Assembly: GCA_965235115.1 (NCBI GenBank)
Contig: OZ249436.1
Span: 54,872,001 to 54,936,000, forward strand
Origin: Laetmonice hystrix
Taxonomy: Eukaryota
DNA: 64,000 bases
Reading direction: 5' to 3'
The notes under the pieces are model-generated. The model saw only the letters and a program-made list of their open reading frames with translations, had not been told where the DNA came from and ran no database searches. This document shows positions 37,970-49,900 of the stretch, piece after piece (the first letter of the stretch is position 1; every line of letters starts with the position of its first letter). The position numbers and the translations under genes are program-made.

Positions 37970-40900
37970 TCATACGGATGTCACGTGACCCTGCTCCAGT
38001 GCTGCCAGTAGGTTGTTCTTTAATCGCACAAACAGTCGTCCTTTGGTCCACGGGTTCTGAAGCTGCAGTGGCTGGTAGTCATCCCTTAAGACACGTTCCC
38101 GCGCCCCTATCACGGCAACCAGGCAAAAGTCGGTCAGCTGTTCGTCAGCGTACACGGGTCCCTCAAGTCCTTTAATGAGCACGGCTTTGTTTAACTGCTG
38201 CACAACAAGGTTGATCACCTCCCGTGAAGTTGTCCGCGGCGTGACATGTAACTTGACACTGGTGCCTTTAGTCAGTCCCGTGTCGTAGGCGGCGAACACC
38301 CGGAGAACACCCGGCTGTGGGCTGGGCTTCTTCCACACCGCTTCCTCCCTGACGTGAGACGGCGGCGGTGGGGCATCACAGAGACTATCAGCACCAAACC
38401 TCTGACTCTCTGTCAGATCCATGTTCTGGTCCACCGAGCTACACTCGCTGTGGTAGCCCATATCACTGCTGCTTGATGACGTCACGTTGTCCACGTCACG
38501 TCGTTCCAACGTCGGCGAATCGCTCGGCGACGGCGGCGGCGCGAAGAGCACGCCGAGCGGCAGGCCACCGCGAACGTTCTTGTCGCGGGCGTATTGGATG
38601 ATGTCCATGGTCCAGCGTAAACCCTTCCACACCTCGTCCAACCGCTGCTGGAAGCCGCTCAGCTCTTCCATGCGCTGCTTCGATTCGCTGATCTCCTCCG
38701 AGGAGAAAGCCTGCAAAGTGAAAAATAAACACATAAGTACGAGTCTGTGATGATTGTAAGCGGCTGGACTATCAATGGTGGAACGAAAACCAAGTCTGCC
38801 AACTGCAAGACGATGCTATGCAAACGACTTTCCCTGCAGGGTGTGCTGACATTCGATATACATTGTAAACGTTTCTGATAATCATAACCGTTAATTCTAC
38901 ATCTCGGGGAATAGGAGTGAGGATATTATTTGTGGGATACTTACTTCTCTCTGAGCCTGCTGGGCAAGGTAAGTATCCATCTCAAGGATGGAGGATAGCC
39001 GGGAATAGCGGCTGATCAGGTCATACTGGTAAGTGCACATGTGAACTGAAACATACAAATGGCAACAATGATAACAAAATCTCAATCCCATAAAAACGCT
39101 ATAATTTTCCACTTCTCGGAGAAACGAGACGAGGTCTCGATGATTTAGGTTCCGTGCACATACATTTTAAAAGTATATTTCCAGAACTCAAATCACCAGC
39201 CAGGCCAGACGCTTTAACTTCAAAACATTGAATTTATTGTTTATAGAAGTTTGAGGAGTCCCAGCCATGCCTGGACACATGCTACTTACTCATTTCAAAC
39301 ACTTGTACAGGCAGGGTCTGATAGTGGAGCTGGTCGGTCATCTCCTCGCTGTGACCCGGGATGCTACAGACGCCCTCTATCGGTGGCAGCAGGAGTATGA
39401 AGGAGACGTCCTCACTCAGTTCGATCACCTCCAGATCGTAGAGCCGGTGACTGATAGCCTCGTCCTCCGAGATACCCAACATCTCCAGTAGTTGCTCGCA
39501 CGATGACATCAACTCCCGATGGAACCGTGTCTGGGCGGCTGTCGGCGGGCACGTCACGTCGTTGTTGTCAAGGTTACGTGCCCATTCCCACTCTTCTCTG
39601 AATAAACAAAATTACGGTGAATTACTTAAGGTGCAAACAGCACTGATAATTTTTTTCTGCATTTCTCAAACCTGAAATTGAGCCAATTCGGTGTTACTGA
39701 TGACCTAGATAGACGGGAAGATGACTTACTTTGAGACGTTATTACAGTCCCGGATGCGAACATGAGGAAGGACGTTAGGGGTCCGTTCAGGCACCATGAT
39801 ACGAATCAGATCAACCGAACTCTTCAGTTTGAGGTAGCCAAGGTAGAGACCTTTAGAGAGCGGCAGTGTGTTCACTTGGTTGTAGAGCATCATCTCCTGC
39901 AAGACAAAGTCAGCAACGGTTTATATAGACGTGCAGGCAACATCAGTTTTCGGAGAACGGTTACTTATATTAACTGGCAAGTGGGAGACACGGCAGATAA
40001 AAAAACAGGGAAACTAGGCAAGTTTGAAGTTCTAAAGCTCAGGGCGCAACCAATACTCATTGACTTAGAAATCGAGGCCTTGTCTTTGGCCTAAAGCTTA
40101 AGCAGAAAGGTTTTGAAAGACCGGACTCTGGTTTTGACGTGATCTCAGTGCAGATACAGGACTACACTCACCGACACCTGGGAGAACATGAAGTCCGCCG
40201 TCACCATTTCCTCGTGTGGCCCAGCGATCCTCTTCTGCACCTTGGAGAATGGCATCCACTTGACGTGCGTCGTGTTCACCGTCTTTGGGTCGCGAATGTA
40301 GTTGACCGTCGTCAGTATGATGCTGCCGGAGCTATCCTTGATTGGTTTATAGAAGAATTGTCCCAGATCCTGAATCCCTAGCGCCGACTGCAGCTGTCCC
40401 ACCGCGTTCAGAAGCCGACTACGGAAGAGCACGGTCGACGAGTTGGACATCTTGTCCATGTCCTGACGCAGCGACTTCACGTCCTCCCACGTGCATGCAA
40501 TCTTCATGAGCCAGTGGAAGTCGACGTGTAGGTTGCTCAGAGCAAAGTTTTCATCCACCTCTAAGAGTGGAACGACGTCGTCATTGGTGACTACCATTCT
40601 GTCCTCACTATAGAGCAATGCCGCCAAGTACACTCCGCGTTTTACCGACTTCTGGAACTTGGGCGCCGAGGCAAACAGGTTCTTAAGGCTCTTGCGCATG
40701 TTGGAGCGGCGGGGGTGAAGGGGCGACCCGGACGGGGTGAGGCCGTCTTTGATCTCCGAGGCGTCCGCTGGCCGGGCGTTCTTGATGTTGGCGAAGAGTG
40801 AGTCCATAACTTGTAACCGGCCCTGGGCCCGGTTCTTGAACGAGTCAACCTCTCGCCAACCTGGCACAAATTAAAACGGAAACATTGAGTTCTCTGTCGT

Positions 40901-43900
40901 CTCTTTCAGATGACACTTGATATCTTTGTGTTTACATTAGATGGGTTTCAGATCTGCTCAATTTTACAAGTAGACTCAACCTTGAACCTGATGACATTAA
41001 AATGTGATAGTAAAGTACACTTATGATTACTAGAGATACATTATTGTATATCTGTTGAGAAGAAACTCGTCAGGAACTTACTGGAAGGAACAGCAAAGGA
41101 AGGATTTGAGATGGCAGGATTGCCGAAGCCTTTCATGTTCCAGGCAAGGACTCGGACATAGTAGATGTTGCCTTGGACAAGGTTAGGAATCTCATACGAT
41201 GAAAACCGGACATCCTCAATGATCATTTCTCCAGCCAACACGCTGAAGTCTTCAAAACAGCTCCACTCCACTGTAACACATCAGACTACCAGTGAGTTCT
41301 ACTACACTGTAACACATATCACACAATACCAGTGAGATCTACTACACTGTAACACATATCACACAACACCAGTGAGTTCTACTACACTGTAACACATATC
41401 ACACAATACCAGTGAGATCTACTACACTGTAACACATATCACACAACACCAGTGAGATCTAATACACTGTAACACATCAAAATGATGTAAAGCCTGTCAT
41501 GAATTTCTTGCTTCACATCAGGGCATCATCACTAAAATTTTGATATCCGATGCAACCCACATTATGCGAATTTTTGTTTGGCAGCTTATGCTTAAAATGC
41601 TTAAATGCGATTCTTACGATGAAACAGAACCTTGTCAGAAAAAAGTTATACGCAAAAAAAATATTTTTCCAAGACACCCACTTTTATAAATCAAATCATT
41701 TTATAATTTGTTTAGGTGTTTCCAGAAGCCTGACTGGTTTTCTTTCCTGAAAAGCGGACGCTTGATTTTCAAGGACCTTCCAGGAGTTTGTAGGAGTCTG
41801 AGAACCTTGTCATGTTATTTTAAATGTTCTAGGTTCTAGCATAGAGTCTATATAGACTCTATGGTTCTAGTGGCGGCTGCATAAACTGGATACCGCGGAC
41901 CGTGAGACCCCCGACAGTGGTGCCACCTCGTGCCTCACCGCCGCACCACAAGAGGCTGGGCGTGGGAGTATTGCTCACCTCTGTATCTTGTGACGACAGC
42001 ACCGTTGTGACACTCGGGTTCGTCAAATCTAACTTCGAGAGACGTACTGCTCGCCACACCTAAGGTCACGTTCAATGGGCAGTCGGGCTCCCCTAAAAAC
42101 AAACAACCGTAACAACACATGTTAGCTTCTGCTAGGTTCGTTCTACAAAACATTCTGAGTACATATCACTCACTACATAACGTTATCGTCCCATATTACC
42201 CTCTATCAATTAATGACAACTAATTAATCATTACCTTTCAAGATATCTTAATGATGTCCAACTGACCTAAACAGTTTACTAAACATTTTAGTCACTTAAC
42301 AATGTAAGAATAAAACGTTTTCATGACTTTTTTTCCGTGAGCCGGATATGTATGAAGAATGGGTTGAGCAGTTTGCTGCCTACTCACGTGCATGTTCGTA
42401 GCCTGCTTTCATACGTTTGAGTAGTTTGTGTCGGAACTCCCAGTGTGCCATGGTTCGCTCGTTTTCCCGCTGCTGACTGCTGGAAACGTTGGCGTTGCCA
42501 GCGCTACCATTGCTGACCATCTTGCTGATGTCCTCTAGCCGGCGTTCCGCCTCATTGACCAGCGTGATCAGCTGCAGCGCCCGCGACTCGCTTGACTTGT
42601 GGTCTGCAAACAATGCCAAAACAATCACTATACATGTCACAATGCTACTGAAGCACTATAAGTGAAGAAAACAATCTGCCACAATAATTAGTATTTATCT
42701 TTCAATCGAAATGCCAGCACACATAAAACATATACATTCAATATTACGAAATGTGATGTAGGCTTTCTGGCTACTTCCAAGATCATTGTGGCATGTTATT
42801 ATTGGTCTTCTGATTTGTTAAAACTCACATTTAGGGTTTTCTTTGCCCCCATGTTGTAACAACATGCGGGCTATAGGCACGTGGTTGGTCATGATGGCTA
42901 CGTCTAGCGACGTCAATTCCTCACTGTTCACGCTGAAAATACACAAACACAACACAATGTAAGAATGGGACACTCATAATGTAAGAATGGGACACTCACA
43001 ATGTAAGAATGGCACACTCACAATGTAAGAATGAGACACTCAAACTCATTTTCATTGTTTTTGACTTATTACTTTTGAGTCAACCCTGTAGTTATGAAAT
43101 GAATCACTGATGCGGACTTCGGTAGTCCTCACACTCGGACAACTTTCCCTGGCGTGGCGGACAAGATCAGAGTGACCACCAAGTGTTGTTTCGTAAAATA
43201 ACACTTACTGGGAGTCATCTACAGACGGCCACTTCTTCCGAGATAATTTTATCCTTGGCATGGTGTAAAGGCACTTGAAAAACCAAAATGGCAAAAGGCA
43301 CGTCTTGTTTTCACAGCAGCCCAAGAAGATGTCGTTGATCCACATTCATCAACGAACGGACGTCTAGCTGCTCGCGAAATTCTCCGTTTTGTTCAGTCAC
43401 ACCAGCAGCAGGACCTGGTAAGTGTTCCGTATCCCGCTCCGAACTGGCGTCTTAAGAGTGCCTCAGAAAGTTGTACACTTATGTAGCTAGACACAGCGGC
43501 CGGAGTACACTACGGTTGCTAACAGGGCATGCGCACACCAACAGAGGTAGGCTATTGGCTGGAGCAGTGCTGAGCGAGAGGCAGGCAGCGTGGAACCACG
43601 TGCTGCTTGGAATCGATGTTAGCTTGGCTGGCTGGGTGGCTTATGCTGCTGCTGCTGCTGCTGCTGCTGACGTATCTGCGATGACTGTACATCGGCTGTT
43701 CTTGTTGTCAGAGCGCCGATGACGTAGATGAGCGCGCGATTCCCTGAACCCGCTATGGTAGGCCAGGCCTATCCTATTGAAGCGTTGATGCACTCTCTGT
43801 CTCCAGCATGGCGGAAAAGCGCTCTTCTAAAGGTATATTAATTAGGGAGGATACCGGTACGCTGCTATTGGTAGGAGTGTCTGGTTTCCAGGTACGGCAT

Positions 43901-46900
43901 TATTGCCATCTTTCAGGAATGACCGTCCTCACTGACCTGGCCTCTTGTGCCTCATCCTGCCCTAAAACCCACCCACCCACTCCCGCTGAGAGCTGTGAAT
44001 ACATACATCTTATTGGAAAGTTTAGGTTACGGATATTTTGGGGGAAGAGTAGGCCTATATCTTACCTATTACACAGTACCAATGAATGATGCAGACTGTA
44101 AAACATTTATAACATTCAGACACAAAGAGCTAACTCCCTACAGTCAGTGTTTCGGGAGAATTTAAAAAACAATATCTGCCCATGTGAATGTACCGGAAAG
44201 TTTAACTTAAGACATGCTCGGGATGTATTCGTTGTTTGGAAAGGCTATAGCGACGCTCTACGTGCGCCCAGACACAGCCAAATTGTATGCACCCCTCCTG
44301 GGGTAACTCGGTGTAAATCATGGGGCCTCCCTTTTGCCCTCGGATGTTTCCACTGAGAATTTTATTTCATATCTTACTTATGAATATATTTTACCTGGTT
44401 TCCGCTGTTAACGATTTATAAGTCTTATTTGGGAAACCCCCTCTAGGGAGCACGGGATTCTGAAATGTCAGGTTTCCATATCTATTTCTGGAGATTCTAG
44501 TTATTCCCTTTGTTCAGGTAAAGAAAAGCACTTCAATAAAATACAGCTACGGGCAGTCTGCCTCGCGGTGACCCAGGTCTGACACCTAATGCCTGGGTCC
44601 CACTAGGAGATACGACAACTTACAACAGGTTACGACGAGGCTGCGACTATAAATCCCAGGCAATCTTATAAAAGTCCTGCCACAAGTCCTGGGTGGCCGT
44701 GGGGAGTCATCCATAATCGCACGATCAAAATCCATCGCAGGGAGGTTGTTGATCATGTGCAACAACCTGTCTGCGACTGAAGGTCTCACGTCTACAGGTC
44801 TACAGGTCTGCAGGTCTGCCGACTGGTCTTACAATGTGACCGGTACCTTCAAATCCTAATAAATATGGACGACTACCCACGACCAGCCCTAGTCGCACGA
44901 CTAAACTGATCGCAGGTCCTAGTGGGACCTCGGCTTAAAGGAAATAGGTCACGCGGGTTATCGACCGAAATCTTCAGTTTTCTGCTTATACCTGCTCACC
45001 ACTGACGTACTTTATGGCACTGATTGTTTTTCATATTGATTCTGTTAACACATACTACGAGTATGCAGCTGTGAAATTCTCCCTAATGTAGAAAAATAAA
45101 TAAAACTGCATTGTCCGCAAAGTGCGATGAATCCGCCATTTTGGCCGCTTTTGGCTGCCGCGAATCGTTTGATCGCCTGTCCACCGGCCGTGTGAAAAGG
45201 GTGCAAAACACAGGGTGGGTGGGTAGGTATTTGGGGTTTTACGCCTTGCAACAGCCAGGGTCATATCACGGCGGTGAAGATGAGATGAAAGTCAGTTTTT
45301 CTTGGTGGAGGAAACCGGAGTACCCGGAGGAAACCACCGACCTTCGGGAAGGAACTGACTGACAGCCGGCTGCAAATCCCGGGGTCTCGGAATCTAAGTG
45401 CATATGTGTCATTTTCAGTGACCGCATTAAGAATTGGCAATTTTTTTTTTTACAAAATACCGGCCAAAAAGCTACATAAACAGGTAGGGGACCTTTGGGG
45501 CATATCGGAGAACCGCAATGCAGACATGTTTTTGCTGAAACACAACGTATTATTTGAAATTCGTGACATACAACAGTGGGGGATCCAGGATTTTGATAAG
45601 GGGGGGGGGGCCCACCTGAAGAAATTTTTTAGCCTCGCTACGCTCGGCATTTTTTATTGCACTTATAGCCATTTTGGGCCCCTTTTGATCTATTTCAATG
45701 CGCAATGGCCCAGAGTTATGTTGCTCCTGGATGACTGAGGAGGCCCCTTTGGGCCCGATGTTACTATCACGTTTAATTTTGTTGGAATACTGGTTTCAGG
45801 GTCCGAATAATGCATCTTCTTTTAAAAAAAAGGGAAAAAGGAAAATTTAAGGGGGGGGGCGGGCCCCTTGGGCCCCCCCGGATCCCCCAGTGTACAATCA
45901 CACGCACTCACTATTATTTTTAGCCGCTGCCGGCTAAATCTGGCTTGCCCCCGAGGGGAGTAATGGCTCAGGGAGCTATATTTAGGTGGGTCAGTCATAC
46001 CATATGGCTCGGCGCCTGACTCGGTTGGAGTTGGTGGACGAGGAGATGGTTGACGGCTGGACGTGTGTTTGCGCGGTGGGGTGGGGTGAGGGGGGGGGGG
46101 AGGGCAGACAGGTCGACTCACTCTGCAGGTAGACAGGCCGACCCTGTCAGTCTGATCTTGGATGAGTCAGAGTTGAGTCAGGCTGGGATGGCACCATTTC
46201 CAACTCACCCTATACATAAAACACAACCTCACTACGTTCTGCCTACGGGCGGGTCTATGATGACTGGAGTATATAGGTCTACAAGTATAATAATTCACTG
46301 ATCCAGCTGAGGATAGAAATAGATTCAGGTGATGGCTTTCTTCCGGGGCGGCTGACCCATCCCGCCTCCCAACCGGACCTTGGCCCGACCCCTGACCCCG
46401 CACCAACACCCTCTCCCGATAACCTGGGTCTGATCCAGGAGTCTGGCTGCACTGATGGTACCAGCCACCCTGACCGAAATAAGAGGTCAGCTTTTCACAG
46501 CCCCCATCCATGAGGGTAATAATGTTGAGGGTGAGATAAATATGTCGGGAGTTAACGGTGAGATCAGATAGCATAAATATGACTCGGAGAGGGCATCATC
46601 TGTGACCCCCCCCCCCCCCTCACCTCACCCCCGGGTGGGGGAAGGTACAAACCCCAGAATCATACCAGTATAAGTAAGAAACAGCAACAGTTCCTACGGG
46701 TTTCTACAGGTCGTCGTGAACACACAGAATAAGAAGTCATATTAAGGGTTCACTTGTAGATTTCAAAGTGGACTTTAATAAATTAGCAATTTTCACATTT
46801 TTGAAACCTTCGAAAAATTTGAAGGTGCCAGAGAGAGTTTAAGAATTCCTTTGAGAAGTAGGCCTAAAGTGTAAAAGTGAGGCGCACAAAACATCACACA

Positions 46901-49900
46901 GCTCAGTAGTATCATGAAAAAAGAAAGAAAGAAAAAACCCAAAGCCTGTCAGTCATGGCTGCAGTATTGTGACGATTCGACTGGTGTTTGTGACGTAGGA
47001 ACATAATTACACAACCCAAACAATACTCAGTTTCGTACTAAGTGATCGTAATAAAAACTGCCCACATGGTAATAAATGATACAGGTATACATCAGGTACG
47101 TTATGAATACGTTGTGAAGCCTTTTGTAGTGGGCAGAGGCCGGATTGTACCATTATTACTGTGTACATGACCACTTGATGTCTGTGTTACAGTCTGGTGA
47201 TAACTCATGGCACAATGCCACTTTAGCACGCTGACGAAGTGCGCGAGCATTTTAGGGGTATGATATCATACTACGGCGGGCCAGGGTGGGGGGGGGGGGG
47301 TAGGCCGGACCAGGAGGGGGGGTAGGCAGGGCCAGGATGGGGGGGGGGGTAGGCAGGGCCAGGAGGGGGAGGCCGGGCCAGGATGGGGGGGGGGGGTAGG
47401 CAGGGCCAGGAGGGGGTAGGCATGGCCAGGAGGGGTGGGGAAGCCAGGCCCAGGAGGAGCGGGCAGCCAGAGCCATGAGGGGTGGGGCAGCCAAGCAAAG
47501 GGGGAGAGAGCGCAGAAGAAAGGCAGGAGTTTTTAAACTTGGCAAAATATCACAAATTCGTAAAAACATTCGGAGGCAACAGTACGTATTTGTTTACTTA
47601 CACACTAAAGTAGGAACAGAATATAGCTGATCTGGGTGAAATGCTCCCGTTTCCCAGTTGCCCCCCCCCTTTTTTATCGGTTTTATCAGGTGGGCCAAAG
47701 ATCGTGTTATTTGCCAGTTTGTGGTCGACGCAAGTCATCTGCCAATCAGGAGGTGGTGGTCATCGGGCTCAACGCTGACTCACAGCCAATGAGGCCTGGC
47801 CAGCTGTTACAACACCACTACCACCAGAAGAAGCACCACTCAGCACCGTCTGCTGGCCAAATGTCAGCACACTGAGCTGGTGACAATTGACCTGTCGGAA
47901 CAATGCTCTTACGGCTCCTCATAAACACACGTCCTCCATGGTAAGACAACTTGACATTTGCCACGTCATGTGGCGGCAGATTATAATTGACCCACTTAGT
48001 TCCTCCGCCATTACTGGTGTCGTTTAATTGTAGCAAACTGCGGGGTGAAACGGTGGGTTTGGAGTAGCAATGCTGATGATCTAGTAAACACAAGGTGGGA
48101 TGGGGTGGGTGGGTGGTGGCGGTGAAGCGCCTCCAACTGCGCAGTGAACAGAAACGACGATGGCGTAATTCTACCTTTTACGAATCGCTCAATTATTATC
48201 CCCCCCCCCCCCACCCCGAAGGGGGAAATGGGTCGGGGAAATGGGATTTTGAAATTACTGGGTTTCGTCTACGCTCTTCTTCTCCTTATGATTATTCCAG
48301 TGGTGAGACTATGGCCATATCTCGGTTACCTCTGACGGTATCGTGATGAAACTTGCAGGGAACATTGATCATGACCTAAACTGATCAGGTATGGACTGAT
48401 TACGTCATGTGACGTAACGTGACTGGCTTATGACCTGTTAAAGTTTCTCAAATGAGGGCTCATCAATCTCGATGATAGTTCCTAATTAGGCACTTAGGCA
48501 TTAATCGTCATACGCCTGAATTTTACCTCTGACCTTTGACCTTTCTGAGATCTAGATCAAAGATGTTAAACAGCTTAAATTGCATCTCCTCCCTCAATAT
48601 TTTCAATATGTAGCCAAAGTGTATCTAAAGAGTCGCATAAGGTGGCTCTTTATGGGGACGTTAAGAAATCAGGAATTTGACTTATATTAAGAACGTCACG
48701 TGACCTTTAAATTTGTCACTTTTGACATTTATTTCTAAAATTGCTTAGTCAGATAGGAATTGTATATTTGGTCAGTAGATATCGGTATAGTCTTCACAAT
48801 ACATTTTTGTAACATGTTTGTCACTCGGGACGGTCGGCTCTCTATGTACACACCACCGGCTGTGAATAGCCGCCCGGGGTCTGCAGCGTTACGTAACTGC
48901 TACTGATGAGGACTCCCCCATTCCTTCCAGTCAGGGTGGGTTGATGGACCCTTGCTGGGAACTGACTTAATTGAATAGCTGGGCCTTTGTATTTATAACT
49001 GTAGGTGTAACTGTCTAAGATATTATATTCTTGAATCTTGTATTGGAGGAGAGCGGAATAAAAGATTATATTAAGCGGTCTTCTTGAAGTTACAACAGAA
49101 CTCTTGGCCAGCTCTGCCCTTGGTACCCTACGTAGTAAGCCTCAGCCAGTGAGGCTTACGACCACTCAATGTTAAAAATTGGTGTGTCAGTGGTAGCGCA
49201 AGTTCATGTACCGATCAACTCACCGGCATCCATTTATCACGGGCAACGTCTTCTTTTAGTTGTTTGAGTATAAAACATCAAATTCCGAAGTGTCGTACAG
49301 CTGCGGCTGCCCTGGCCTGTTTATGTCCCAGAATGCATCTCTCTGACCTAGCAAGGTCCCCTGCTCTACGTATGTCGTAACAGCGGACGCGTCTGTTAGG
49401 CAGGGTACCAGGCTTCTGTCTGACCCGGGAGGTCAAAATGGCCGCGATAGGCAGAGAGCGAAATTCGTCGATTCCAGACTTTGTGCTGCCCTTATTATGT
49501 ATCGTCGTCCAGATATATGGGCAGGGGAGGGGTTTTCATGGTGGTTGGATGATTTGACCGAACACACCAGGAACTTGACCTACGTGGCGTCCGTCTCTGT
49601 ATACGGTAGTACAGAGACGGATACTCAGCCAGCAGGTTGGTGTGGATGGTTTCACAGTTGGCTGAATCACAGGACAGTCAAATTAAAGTAGCGAAAAGTG
49701 TAATGATAGAAAACCATTGGGGAAATGGGATCCTACCTGTATTGCTTGGCAATCAGAGTTTCTAGTCTGTTTTACAGATTCACCAAAGATGCAGTTCCAC
49801 AGAGAGAAGCTGACGATTACCGTAGAGCTTTGGGGTAGTCGAATACATAACAGCCAAGTGCAAACGTTATTATAAAAATAGGGTGATCTACAACCGTATT

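Noticed and set aside
47252..47569. Proline-rich ORFs
   Set aside because: Derived from a G/C-rich tandem repeat inside an intron.
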